From Vitrella brassicaformis CCMP3155 (Eukaryota; Protista; Chromerida), in NCBI GenBank assembly GCA_001179505.1, contig CDMY01000227.1, positions 558,001 to 622,000 of the forward strand: a stretch of DNA of 64,000 nt, written 5' to 3'. The position numbers were made by a program, and so were the translations under genes. Below the pieces are notes generated by a model, which had not been told where the DNA came from, searched no databases, and saw only the letters and a program-made list of their open reading frames with translations. Positions 38,001-50,800 of this stretch are shown here, one piece after another (the first letter of the stretch is position 1; each line of letters opens with the position of its first letter).

Positions 38001-38248
38001 CACCAAAGTAAGCGCAGCACAGCACAGCACGGACCAATCCATACACTCACTGGTCATGAGATTGTGTGTGTGTCAGTGCGTTTTGTCACCGGCTGCTGGT
38101 GTTGTCCAACACGAGTCCGCGGTACGAGATGCACTTCAGGTGGGACCAGCAGGGGCTGCTCGGCGGAGACGACAACCAACTCGTTATGATAGTCCCTTCA
38201 CAGGGTCAGCCAACCACCACCCACCCTGGCAACCTCAACGAGCCACCC

Positions 38249-38280
<32 letters not shown>

Positions 38281-40282
38281 TGCACACATACGTCTCCACG
38301 TGTGTGTATGTGTCGTCTTTCTGCCTGTCTGACTGCCTGCAGGTGTGCTGAGGAGCGGCCACCACTGTTTGGTGCATTTCATCCTGGCGCTCGACGACCA
38401 GCCGCTGGACATATCGGGCGAGGTCGCGTGTCGCGTCGAATGGGTAGCCGCACCCACAACCACCAACGGCGAAGGCAATGGGCGCACCTCACTCAAGAGG
38501 AGGCCATCGAGAGGTGGGTGGGTTAACGGGGGGCACACAGGCGCGCCGTATGTCTGTGCGCCGTGCCATGCAGACGACCCCCATGAGGTGTTTGCGACCC
38601 ACAAAGTGCACGTGCACGAGCCAGTCTACTCGAAGCTCGACCCCGCCTCACAGCAGCGCACCGGACCGCACCGGTCGGTCGTCAGCCGACTCACGCGCTC
38701 GCGCTACTTCGCACTCAGGGCCACCAAGGGGGGCCAGAGATGCCTCGAGAACCAGGTAGGTACTGCTGGGAAGAAAGACAACCAGCCGCTGCATGCCCAT
38801 GTGGTGGGTTGGCATGGATGTCACTTAGTTCGATTCTGAGTTCACCAAGGTGTCGAGTAGCCACGACAGCAAGGGCCGCTCCAACGCGTCGGCGGCCGCC
38901 ACGGTGGGCGACGAGGACGTTCTCGAGGACCCCACACAAGTCGGCGCCACTCTGCCCTCCAAGGCGCCTCTCTACGTGCGGGTGGAGGTCCTCGCCGGCT
39001 CGTTCACTTGCGAGGGAGGTGAAGCGGACGACAGATTTGTGTGTGTGCCGCCGCTGGCTCTACCCAATTACGATGAGTTGGTGGTGGGGTCTGAGGAGGT
39101 GAGCCCCACGGCCACGGACGAGTCGGCCGACATGGCCAGCAGACGATCCTCCAAGATGCCCGACAATAAGAGGAAACAGCACCTGGAGGTGCCATCGGTA
39201 GGTAGGCCCAGGGATATAACCACAGGGTCTCCTTTCTCGCAGGCAGAGGAGTATGTTATGTGTCTCGTTGGCGCAGGAGTATGAGGCCGCCGCTACCCAC
39301 GAGGAGACCGACACCTCCCCCAGTGCATCCACCTCCCCCCGGCCACACGAGCATACGGACGCCTTCCACTCGCTGCCTCTCGCCGAGCGGGCGGCACCCG
39401 TCATCCAGCACATCTTCACGGAGCTCTTCAGGGCGGCGCTGGCCGACCCCAGTCTGCCGGGGCTGATCCAGGACATGCTCCGGCAGCCACCGCCCCTCTG
39501 CCGGCAGTTCCACGACTCGCCCGCGCCCACTCCGCCACCCGTCGACCCTTCATTTCCTCTTGAGGAGAAAGGCGGAGAGCGGGCGCTTGATTTGGCACAC
39601 CAAGGGGAAGTTGAGACGACACATGCGACTGCAGATGCGGATCAAGTGGTCGAGGAAGGGCAAGAACAGCAGCAGCAGCAGCAGCAGCAGGAGAGCGGGC
39701 CGCCAGACGAGCGGCTTGAGCAAGAGCATGACGAGGAAATTGGAGAAGAGGAGGCTCCAAGAGAGGAGGGCGAGGAGACATCACCTGACGAGCAGGAGCA
39801 TCACGACGCAGATGAGCAGGGCCCAGAAGAAAGCGAGAAGCCCCCACAAGCAGCGACGGAAGAGGCCCCGGCTGCAGCAGGCGAGCAGCCGATGGACACC
39901 AGCTTGCTGCATCACAACTGGTCACCTCTGACGATGGACTACTTCGGAGACAACCCCAGCCACATCACCGAACTCAGGGTAGGCTATCCGTCAACCTCCA
40001 CATACGCATGACAGACACCGACACAACGTGCGACACCGACCGATTGGTTTTGGGTCGGTTGGGTTGATCGATCAGGAGCAGCTGCAACGGCGAAGGGCGT
40101 CTGCGGCGAGTGTGGAAGAGGAGATCGTCGAGATGGGTTGGGGGGACCACGGCCGGCGGCCTTTGCGTGAGTTGGCCATTGAGCTTCAGAGTCTGCCGAC
40201 TGTCTTGTCGGAGATCTACCGTGAGATGTTGGCAGAGCTGCTGCAGGACATTATCGATAAGAGGACGCCACTTGCTGAGTAG
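32040..40282 (+). CDS. CFAP65: Cilia- and flagella-associated protein 65 (CCDC108) homologue with multiple ASH/PapD-like Ig domains
   Basis: GIDCEDELIWQNWTVGGEVKKRLVIRNVSLVTQTVQYKVPKTKLFNMDFPQTIKLPPGM, VDFGLCPVNE, YNTGTLPCRFRW, PTLQIVDIR-like HPFFQIVDIR, FTPLEAKTYT and LSNTSPRYEMHFRW match the CFAP65 domain series. Acidic low-complexity C-terminus. Confidence 0.85.
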
Positions 40283-40463
40283 CGAGCACCTGCGTGGGCG
40301 CTGTGCGCGTGTCCACGAAAGTGTGTCCTCGAGGTGTGTTGCGTGAGTTTGTGCTCAATCGCTATATAAAGCTGGATGCATCCATGTTAGCTGACAGTGT
40401 CAAGGATCGAAGGACCTGTGTGTCGCGCGGATGGGCGCACAAGTCACTCACACACACACACAG

Positions 40464-40477
40464 TTAGGGTTTCAGGG
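40464..40477 (+). promoter_or_regulatory. Telomere-repeat-like (telo-box-like) motif TTAGGGTTTCAGGG about 100 bp upstream of the next start codon
   Basis: Sequence seen directly; regulatory role is inference. Confidence 0.25.
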
Positions 40478-40577
40478 CACCGGCGGCCAAGATACGCCCC
40501 CTCGCCCCTCCATTCCCCGTTTCGTGAGAGACGAGCAGCCGTGAAGTCCCCATCCCTGCTTCCATCCCGCTAATCGG

Positions 40578-42306
40578 ATGATTCGGCTCCCGATGGCTCT
40601 CTATACCTGGTCGCTCTGCATCGCCCTGATCCTCTGTCAGCTGTGTCAACAAGTCTCCTCGTCTCGTGTCGCGGTGGGGGATCTGGTGAGCTGCTCACAA
40701 CCGCCCGAGAACCTCGCTGAGGAGCCAATCGACATCAGGTGGATAAGAACAGATATAGACGGTATCCCTTGCTTGTCTTGGCCGCTGCAATGAATGGCAT
40801 TGCATCGATTGCAGTTGTTCTGTGAAGGTCCCTGAGGCGTTCAGGCAGCGCATGCAGGCAAACCTCAGGGGCAAAGACACGCTCGGTGTAGTCTTGGCAA
40901 TGCGTCTCCTCCCAGAGGAGGATTCCCCTCTTGAGGTGTCACTGCAGGAGGTATGTATTCCGAAGCGACCGACTAGATCCATCATAAGACGTCTCCCTCA
41001 GGTGGAGGGGCTGGACGTGACAGATGGTGAATGCGTTTTGTATATCTATCCGCACGAATGCTACTTGGGGAGGTATGTGCATGACCGAGAACACAAGCTG
41101 TCAGCCCTTTTATGTATTATTGTGTCTCTGTCCAGTCTGAAGAAGGCCGACAAGCTGAGTGGCAACACCCTTATCGTCGGAATGTTATCATGGATTGACC
41201 ACTTTTCGCCTGCCTACGGCTGCACAGAGGTGACAATCTATGACGCAAGCAGCATCAAGGAGATGTATGTGCTCTCAAAAGCAGGTACGCGCAGAAGATG
41301 CACAGGTTCTGACATGCACATCGATATGTTCAATTCGTCGGCATGTGCATGTCAGGCTTCTACTATCAATCCTTTGGCTTCCAGCATGCCCCTCCGGCGG
41401 ACCAAGACAAAAAAGGAAGCTGCAAGAAGATGACCATCTCTCTTTTTGACAGGAAGGCGGACATTCTTCCAACCGCCGAATTCAATCTCGTCGTCAATCT
41501 CGTCAAGAGCATCCGCAGGAGCGCCTGGATGCACGAGAAGAAGAAGAAGAGGGGCGCGTTCGACCAGAACCAGAAGGTCCTCGACATCGACATTAATGAT
41601 GGCGCCGCCACACTCGAGCCAGTGGCAGTCGAGCACCTCCGCCGCAGAACGGTCACAAGCGTAGAGCAGGAGAGCGGCTTCAAGAAGGAGATGACGGGCT
41701 GGCTGCGCACAGTGTTCGTCGTCCTCAAGGCTTGGCCGGAACTCGAAAAGATGACTCGTGAGTGCGTGGCGAAGCAAGAGAGGATTGCTGACGGCCCGCA
41801 AAACCCCCAAGCCGATCTTCTGCTGCCCCATCTGGCCCCATCAGTGACCATCGACCGCAGCTACCCCCCAGGCAGCACGGCCCACCAGGTCATTACATGG
41901 ACTCAGTACGCGCTCAGCTGCCTTGATTGATGGTACAGGTGTGTGTCTCTCTCCTGGTGTGTGTGTCACCAAACAGATCATGTGTCTCATTCAGTCAGCC
42001 GGTCTGGTGCTCGTGAAGAGCGGAGACAAAGAGGTGCTCCGGAAAGAGATGGGGAGAAAGCCGTCCCTCAACCTGCTCAAATTCAGCCTCCCTGACGATG
42101 CGCAGCGATGCCTACGCGTCAATGATGGTGTGCGGCAGCTGAACGACACACATGCCTACAGCCTGGTGGAAGAGTTTGCCCCGGAGCTCCTGCAGGAGAA
42201 CGGGGAGAGGCAAAGAAGCGAAGAGGCACAAGAGGAGGAAGCAAAAGAAGCGAAGAGGCAAAAGAAGAAGAAGCAGAAGACGGATGACACTCAAGAGGCA
42301 CATTAA
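40578..42306 (+). CDS. Hypothetical protein with signal peptide and a possible degenerate GNAT-like segment (multi-exon)
   Basis: Hydrophobic N-terminus MALYTWSLCIALILCQLCQQVSS. GNTLIVGMLSWIDHFSPAYGCTEVTIYDAS...GFYYQSFGF resembles GNAT motifs A/B. Lys/Glu-rich tail. Confidence 0.6.
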
Positions 42307-42781
42307 TATCAATTGTAGCAACCATGAGACACGAATCATCCGGGCCACCTGCCTCTTCGTGTGGGTTGAGGGCTGACCCTTCATGACTGACCCGCAGTGA
42401 CGGAGCAACGGCAATTAATGCGTTTCTTCGAGACATAAAACGGAGCGACCTCTAAGGCTTTTCAGACAAGTACACTTATGACCTTCTTTCGGCCGGTGTT
42501 CGGGTAAGCGGAGCTCAAAGAAGGAGCAACTCAGCGAGACACGCGGCATACCCGGAACGCATGTCTGCACCTTTTGCCGACAGTTTGGTGGGTGTTTTCC
42601 GTTCTTGCTGCCAACAGATTCATTGTCGTGCGTGTCCTCAGTGAGTCTTTGGCCTTGTGACCCTGTCTACCTCTCGCTATGCCAAACACAGCCGCACACT
42701 CAGAGACACACACGCAGGCAGCGACTCATCTCATTCTTTATCCATACACATACACGCATCAACACGCAGCAGGCACACAAG

Positions 42782-42837
42782 TCACTCACTCACTCACTCA
42801 CTCACTCACTCACTCACTCACTCACTCACTCACTCAC
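42782..42837 (+). repeat. (TCAC)n microsatellite, about 14 units, intergenic
   Basis: Perfect tandem TCAC run. Confidence 0.95.
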
Positions 42838-42975
42838 CACACACACACACACCACAGAGCTAAGCCGGCTTGAGTTTGGTAAGTCGCAAACCCAGAACCC
42901 TGAACCCCAGACCCTAGAACTTCCGGGATCATTCTATGCCTTGGATTTCCTGCGCTGCAGCTCCTTCTCCTCAGC

Positions 42976-44050
42976 ATGCCTGCATCTGCGATGAGATCCG
43001 GTGAAACGCCTCATCGGCCTCTGTTAAATGCGACCGTCACCTCGCCGGGAGCCGCTGCCTCGGCCGACTTGTCAGCCCTGGGACGCATTCCAGCCTCACT
43101 GATGGACAGCAACCCGTCAGAAGCCCCGCTCGTCTGCTACGACTGTGGTGTTCTCATCGGAAGGATTGTCAACAATGAGACGGAAGGCAGGCACACGTCG
43201 GTGTTCCTGCAGCGCGTTACCCACTGCGGACAGGACAGAGGGAGGCTTTACTGTCTTGGCTGTCTGAAGACACTTGGACGAATCGACCACAGGCCAGACT
43301 CAGAGTCCCATCAATCTGAGTCGGCCGATGACAGGAGCCGCTCCTACGTGCCCGCGCCTGTCACGTATGGCTACCGGTTGTCGGTGGATTGTGTGGAGAG
43401 GAAGACGCGGCCGCTGCGAATTATCGTTTATGGGCTGAAGGAGGCGACTGTGAGCGAGATGGCCTCTTGGTGGAGGAGGGCAGTGCCGACACAAGGGGGG
43501 TGGGTTGTGGATGAGGTTGTGCTCATGAAGGCGCAGCTTCGGGGGTTCCTTTTGGCCGAGAGAAAAACTGCTGTGGATATGGTGGTCATCGTGCACCGAA
43601 ACGAGGGACGGGTGAGGGAGTGAACAGAGAGAGAGAGACTCTTCAGGCGCCCCATTCAGTCAGTGATGGGATGGATGCACTGTTGGTCGTTGTGTCGTCC
43701 TTCAGCTGCTGCTGACGGACCGAAATGGGCTGTACAACGACGTGCTGCAGGCATGCTGGCACGCCACCAACGCCAACGTCGTCATTATTGTCACAAAGGT
43801 CACAAAGACGGAGCTTGTGGCGTCCCTGTCAAATCGTTTCCTTCGCCCTTCACCTGTTCAGGTTCCCACCTCACCTGACACCCTTAACGATTCGGCCCTC
43901 GTGGCGACGCTCGCCCACCACGCCGATCAGCCCACCATTGGGGCCCTCAGTGCCGCGGGCAGACTGATCACATACGATCAGACGCCATCCCAACGACAAG
44001 TAAAGAAACGACCGACACGCGACAGATCCTACGGCTGTCGGTTTCATTGA
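42976..44050 (+). CDS. Hypothetical protein with two CxxC pairs (Yippee/Mis18-like Zn site) and an alpha/beta C-terminal domain (2 or more exons)
   Basis: LVCYDCGVLIG and LYCLGCLKTLG. Intron after HRNEGR joins LLLTDRNGLYNDVLQACWHATNANVVIIVT. Confidence 0.55.
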
Positions 44051-44750
44051 ACGAGTCCGATTCTTGTTTGTAGGCGGACTATCTGTTAGAATTCGCCCAG
44101 GAGAGTTTCTGTCGATTACCGCTGCGGTCGTTTCCCGGGATGCCGCCCGGGTTCCAGCCCGCACCGAGGCGGCCCCACACATCGAGGGGAGGGGGTGCTC
44201 CGGCTGCCAAGAGACCGCCTCACCAGGCCTTCTTCCGGTGCACTCTGCTGTGACGATGTGACGAGCGGGCGAGTTTGTAGAATAGCTATCTATACATGTG
44301 TGTGTATGGAGGAAGGAAGGAAGGAATGGATGGGTGTGGAGGGGGTGTGTGCGAATGGAATGCGTGTGGCCTTGAGGGGGGGGTGTATGGTATGACATGT
44401 ATAGGTTGTCGGTTGGCATGGCAAGCTGACTGGCTGATCGATGGCACGGAAGGATGAGATGAGTGTGTTGTGCACACGCACACATGGATGGGATTGACTC
44501 AATGAATGCATTGCGTTGAGACGTCTGTCTGCCTGACTCACGCACGTACGGGTCGAGACCTATCGACTAAACCAAGCCTTCCTTCGCACACCTCCCGCTC
44601 CATATCTACTCATAAACACGCACCCCGAGGTCTTATCTAACATGACTCGACTCGTCCATCTATCGCATGCACGCCATACACACGGAGCTTCATTGTCAGA
44701 CAACACACACACAGACAAACACACTGGAGCGGGGGGCATCAGCCATCTAC

Positions 44751-46624
44751 CTACACGAGGTCGTCAGCTGGGGTAGAGAAGGACGGTGGCAGGTACAGGT
44801 AGCCCCTGTCGGAAAGCTCCTTCTCGAAGTCGTCATACTCCACCAGCACCAGGCCGTACCCCTGTGCGTCCTTGAACGCTGCGCACACACACACACGCGC
44901 ACACAACGCACAGACACACGCACATCCAACCACACGGATGACGGCAATGAATGACCAATGCACACACAAACACACAGCGCCGCTCAGCTCACCGGCAACG
45001 TTGGTGCCGATTCCGGGCACCGGGCCGGTGAAGCCCGCATTCAGCGACGGACCCTCCTCTACCACATTCCTGCTCACACACACACACACACACACACACT
45101 TTTCTGCACAAGGCCGGCAAGCGCGTCTGCCTGGCCCACCGCGAGAGAATGGCGAGCTTGTCGAAGACGCTGCCGACCTCGATTGGCGTCTTCTTGGCGA
45201 TTTTCTTGTCCTGCTGCACCAAGAGCAGTCCGAATGTGTCTTCCGAGTAGCCCATGTAAGCGCTCTCTTGCGGCTGCTTTGGCTCGAGGGGCGAGTCGGG
45301 GTTGTAGCGGGCCTTCTGGTAGGGCAGCTCGCGCATCCCAAGCCGAGTCTGATTGATGGGAGGAACGATTGATGAATGCATCATCCCATCCACCAGACAG
45401 GCGGTGCAATGCAATGGGGGCCGACCTCGTAGAAGCTCTTGGCTGCGCTGAGGTCCTTGACGGTGAAGCATGCGAACATGAAGGGATCACGGCGCTCCCC
45501 GATGATTATCTGGAAACGGACAACAAACTCCACGCCCAGACGAACGCATGGCTGCGTCACTCGTTTCGATACACCTGCACTGCACTGCCACCCACCCTGA
45601 GCGGCAGTCCTCCTGGCGCATCGACCTCAATCCACCCATAAGCCCTGCATGAAACAAACAAACAAACAAACACACACACACAAAGATGCCATGCACCTCC
45701 ATCCATGTGTGCCTGAATGAGGGATGCACTCCTTCTTCACCTCCTGATGTTCCCGCCGGTCTCGGCGAGCTGGGACACCCTGAGGAATGGCAGTGCGATC
45801 TGCAGGAACTGCACGCCGTTGCCCGGCTCGTAGGCCTGCACCACGGGCTGCGCGTCCTCATCGTCGCTCTTGAGCTCAGGCGGCACCCTCTTCTCGATCA
45901 GCTCCAGCGTGAAGTGCGCACCGTATTCGTTGTAGCTGCTGATACTGGGAGAGTGGGGTGGGGCAGCAGCAGTGCATGTGTGGGTGGCATCATGGCTGGT
46001 GTAGCGTAGCGTACCCTGGCCTGAAGCCGTTTTCGACGCGTTTGAGGTCGAGGGTCTCTGGGCCGTAGCCGACAAAGGTGACGTTATTGGTCTTGGCGGG
46101 GTTTGTGCGCGTTCGGATCACCTGAATGAGCGATGGATGAGTGAACCAACCGCGAGGAATGGACACACACACGCGTGTGGAGCCCATGTGTGTGAGGGCG
46201 GTCACTCACCCTCATACCGAGCCCCCGTGTGTAGAAGTTGAGTGCGTCATCCATCTTGGGCACATTGACAACGGCGTGCTGAATGTACCTGCACGAAAGA
46301 ATGAATCAACAAAGCCGCACACGGAGGCACAGTCACCGCAGACGCGTAGATCTGGTGCATTCATTCATCGCGTCACCTCTCCAGGTTCTGAGTCTCCGGC
46401 AGCGTCCCCATCCCATTCAATGCTGTCCTGCCTGCAGCGTTCCGCAATGCCGCTCGCCATGGATATGCAAGCGGAGAGAATGCTGCTGCGTCGGCCTTCA
46501 GATTCGCCGAATGCTGCCCATGGCGTCGTCGAAAACTGGGCACATGCGATGAGATGCAGGCGATGAACGCATGAATAAGGACAAGGGCACGAATCGGCGC
46601 ATAGGTCAAATGCAACGAGATCAT
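44751..46624 (-). CDS. Two-module VOC/glyoxalase I-like protein with bipartite (signal plus transit) plastid-type presequence
   Basis: YIQHAVVNVPKMDDALNFYTRGLGMR, TFVGYGPE, HFTLELI, FLQIAL, RRDPFMFACFTVKDLSAAKSFYE..LGM, DKLAIL and AFKDAQGYGLVLVEYDDFEKEL. N-terminal hydrophobic signal followed by AAAFSPL...RTAL. Confidence 0.8.
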
Positions 46625-46813
46625 TGGGAGGGAGGAATGAAGTACAAGCTCGCAATGGATTTAGGGAATCGCGCTGGTGAAACCGTCACAATGTGAGCGT
46701 TCACACGAGCGCGGCGAAGGAGAAAGGAAAGGCACAATCGCCTCCTTGTGACCGAGATCTACCTTCACTCTGCTTTCGTGACCAAGATCTGCCTTCCTCT
46801 GCTGCCAATCAGC

Positions 46814-47413
46814 ATGATGTTCCTCCTGGCTGTTGCTCCTTGCTGCTGTTGCTCCGGAAGACAGGGGTGCCGCATCGTGACCGCCATCTTCACCGTCGTT
46901 TGGCTCGTCGCTGGCCTGGCGTTGCTGTCTACTGGCGCAATCAAGAAGATCAAGGCGGACTCACTCAACCCAGCTGCTGATTTCGAAGCTCTCGGCCGGG
47001 TGTGCACCATCGACGACATCGGTGCCAAGCAGTACCAAATCACGGGATCCGAGGAGCGTGACCGCTGCGAAGAGGAGTACAAGTACTTCTTCACCGTCGG
47101 CAACGGGACGAGAATATACACCTCGCGGATTGAGAAGCAGTCCCGGCCCGGCCCATGCCCAGTGGGGTTTTTGGACCTTCAAACGTATGCCGTAGGCCAG
47201 ACAGTGGACTGCTGGAGGGCAAGGAAGGAGGTCAGCTCGGTGTACCAATGCGGCAACAAGCCGGAGTGCTACAAGATATTCGACCCTGCGGCCGAAGCCA
47301 AGGAATGGGCCAAAACCGGAGTGACTCTCATGATAATAGGGGGAGCGTTTATTGGTGTAGCCGTGCTCTTAGCGGGTATTCATCTGCTTTGTATTCGCGT
47401 CTGTCGTCAGTAG
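46814..47413 (+). CDS. Intronless two-transmembrane protein with a Cys-rich loop
   Basis: TM1 IVTAIFTVVWLVAGLALLSTGAI and TM2 VTLMIIGGAFIGVAVLLAGIHLL. Loop has 6 Cys and an N-glycosylation sequon NGT. N-terminal CCCC cluster. Confidence 0.75.
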   Translation: MMFLLAVAPCCCCSGRQGCRIVTAIFTVVWLVAGLALLSTGAIKKIKADSLNPAADFEALGRVCTIDDIGAKQYQITGSEERDRCEEEYKYFFTVGNGTRIYTSRIEKQSRPGPCPVGFLDLQTYAVGQTVDCWRARKEVSSVYQCGNKPECYKIFDPAAEAKEWAKTGVTLMIIGGAFIGVAVLLAGIHLLCIRVCRQ

Positions 47414-47827
47414 GACAGACAGGCAATCCATCCATCCATCCATGAGTCAGATTTTGGCTGTCGTGTGGTGTCGTGTGGTCTGACCTGGTCTAAGCTGACC
47501 TGTTCTCACAATAGGCTCTTTGTCTTACTTCATGAGTTCCTTCATGACTTTGCTTTGTGTTCTCCATGTGTGTGCGCGTGTGTTTGTTCCTCGGTCTCGT
47601 CTCGTTCATTGCTGTCAGCAAGTCGGTCTATCCTATGCGATAAGCGTGACAGTGCGATGGTGACTGTCCATGCATGGCCATGCCTGTGTCCTTGGTTAAT
47701 TCAATGTCCAATCGACAAATCTACTCTAGATAGACGCATGCCACCCGGCCCCTCATTCAATCTCTCCAATTCCGTAGACTCACTCACAGCCACAGACCTC
47801 CACCTCGCTCACTCGCGATCCATCCCA

Positions 47828-50800
47828 TCACAGCAGGTCTGCCGGTGGTGATGCGCCTTGCCTGCCGCTGCCGAGGTCGCTCAGCTCCGTCACGAACTGA
47901 CACGGCGCCACGAAGTCCGTGCAACCGTACACAACCTGACACACACACATACACACACACACACACAACTTGACACACACACATGAGCAGCAGACTTGCA
48001 GATAGATACACGTTGGATGCACACGGCTGTCTACAGATGCAGAGTCTGTCTGTCTGTCTGTCCGTCTGTGGACGTGTGGTGTGGGTCGGCCATGACTCGA
48101 TCATCTCCCTTTCTGACGGCGGCAGACCGGCACGAGCAAAGCAAAGCAAAGCGAAGCAAAGCTCTGGGAGATGGCCTTAAGGAGCCGACCGCGGGCAGTC
48201 ACACAGGTGGGTAAGACACCCACCGTGTCAGTGTGGTGCTGCCGGCCGTCTCTCTCCCAAAGTGTCTGGCCCCGGCCGGCGGCAGAAGTCAGCCGTGCCG
48301 AGGAATTGTGCTCTGGGGTCGGTGTCTGGCTGGGCTGCACTGCCTGCCCACCTGGCTCTAGGCAGCCTCACTCAGTGCATGTGTGTGTGTAGGCCCACCT
48401 GCTTTTGCGATTTGAGTACGAGCTCTTGGAGTGCGTGGGCCTCGACAAAGTTGCCGCCGCCAACGACAAACACCAAGGCTGATGGATGGATGGACACCCA
48501 CACGTATGTGTTCCTTCCTCCGTCAGCTGCCTGCCGACCCACCCACCTTGTTTGAATGGGGTGCGCATCCTCGGCGCCTCGCCGCCGACCTGCATGGCCT
48601 GCACACACAAGACACATCAATCTATGAGTCAGGACTGCTATGTGTAAGGGAGGTGTTGTGTTGTGTTGTGACCTTTGGGTCAAGGTAGAGGTAGTGGTCC
48701 GTCGGCGACGAGGGCTTCTGCTCGAGGATGGCCTCCACGATGCGCGTGATCGGCAGATCCTTCTTCTGTGGCAGAAACGCCTTCACACCTGCACCCCGCC
48801 CCCACCCGACACACACCTCCACACACCCTCTCCCTCACTCTACTGGTCATGGCTCGTACCTTTGAGCAGCCCCCTTCCGTGATCAGTGACCTTGGCGGCC
48901 AGTCCGCCGAGCGCCGAGACGGCCGTCTTGGCTGCGGCGCCTCCGAGGCTGGTGCCGGCCGTCTGGCCTGGCAGCGTCTTGACCTCCATCTGCATGCTCT
49001 TGATTGACTGACGGGGGGGTAGAGAAGCACACAGATGGATGGATGGATGGATGGAGGGCGAGAGGGGGGTTGTTGTTTGTCTATTTGGTGGCTTGGCTGG
49101 GCTGGCCTACGGCAAGGTTTTGGAGGTAGTCGAGTGCCGCTGTGGATGCCCCGGCTGCCGTGAGGGCGTCGCTGAGGGCGGACAGCTGCTGCTTGGGGAT
49201 GTTCTCTGATCGGTGACAACCACCAGACAGACAAAGAGGCAGGCAGGAGGGAATGTGAGTGCGGTGTGGTGTGTGGATTGGATTGGGTTGACGGTGTGGT
49301 GCCTGCCCTGCCTACGTCTGAGGAGGTAGAGCACCAGGAGGGCTCGTGTCTTGTCGACCAAGGTGCCTGATCCAATCCAACCAACACACAGATGATGATG
49401 CCCCACCCGTCTCCATCCAGCCATCCCATTCATCCCACGTGTATCCATCAGTTCAATTACCTCGTGTGCTGTGTTTGATGAAGGCCTCCATTTGTGAGAC
49501 CAGCGAGGTCAGCGAGCCACCGGGCACCTCGTCCTCAAACTCGTAATACTTGTCCAGCTCACGAGCCTAATCCACACACACACAGAGGGACAGAGGGACG
49601 GACACACAGGGTCTGTCTGGGTGGGCGAGTGTGTTGGATTGGATGTGCGAGTCAGTTGAGGCACCTACCCACCCACCTTGATTTCGTTGACGAGTGCAGT
49701 GGCGAGGTTGGTGTGCATGTCGACGCTCCGTTTCTTCTCGGTCATCTCGGGCAGCGCATTGATGGCCGACGCCAGCCCTGCCGTCAGGTCCTCCTCCATC
49801 GGCAGCTCTGAGAGGCAGACCACAGCCACCCGCCCCCACCCACACACGTACCCGATTCTGTGGTGTGTGGTGTATGGTGCGGTGTGTGTATACCATACCT
49901 GGGTTTCCATTCGGCATGGCTGATGACGCCGAGGACGCCTGGCCGCTCTGGATCTCCTGCATCCTGCGATTGTACTCGTTCAATGCCTCGTGAATCGCCT
50001 GCAGCCACGACAGACATGAGAGCACAAGACCAAAAGGGGCGAATGCGGTGCGGTAGAGCCGTGCTTGGGTGAGTGAGTGAGTGAGGGTACTGACCGTGGC
50101 CACTGCTGGGAATGCCACGCCAGCATATTGGCTCCAGAAGGCATCCGAGCTGTCGAGGTCGTATGTCTTCTGCTTGGGCGGCCCGTCGCCCTCAGAGGCC
50201 CCGCCCTCATACACAGGAACCGTCACACGGTTCAACCTGACCACACACATACACACATTCACACACGCCGACACGCGCGTATGGTATGGAAGTGGAAACG
50301 TGTGTGTGTGTGTGTGTGCGTGTGTGTGTTTAGGGATTGGTCTGACTTGAACTCGAAGACGTCGTGTATGAGTGCCTGGTAGGTCCAGGTGTGCTGAATC
50401 ATCACTGACAGATCGATGTCACGATCCTGCAGACACACAGACAGCAGACAGACAGACAGACCCAGGTATACCGACCCGCACACGCACATACGGTCCCTCC
50501 CCCCGCGTGTGTGTCGGTGTGGGACTGACTGACCAGGATGATGAGCACGGGCCTCTGCAGGCTGGCGCTGCTGCTGGCGAAAATCGACGACGCACTCGAG
50601 CCGCGCTGAGACAGAAACTCGCGCAGACGAGCCTGACACACGCGCAAACGCAGAACACACGAAGGGTTTCAATGACCACACACTCACAGCCGGGCTCACC
50701 TCGAGTTTCCTGGCGACCATTTCTGCCGCATCGTTCGGTGGACACCTTATCACCGGAACCACACCTGAATGAGTGAGTGATGTGAGGCAACACACACACG

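Noticed and set aside
42482-42525. 8-bp inverted repeat CCTTCTTT...AAAGAAGG as a possible ncRNA hairpin
   Set aside because: Stem too short and interior does not pair; no snoRNA, snRNA or tRNA boxes recognised
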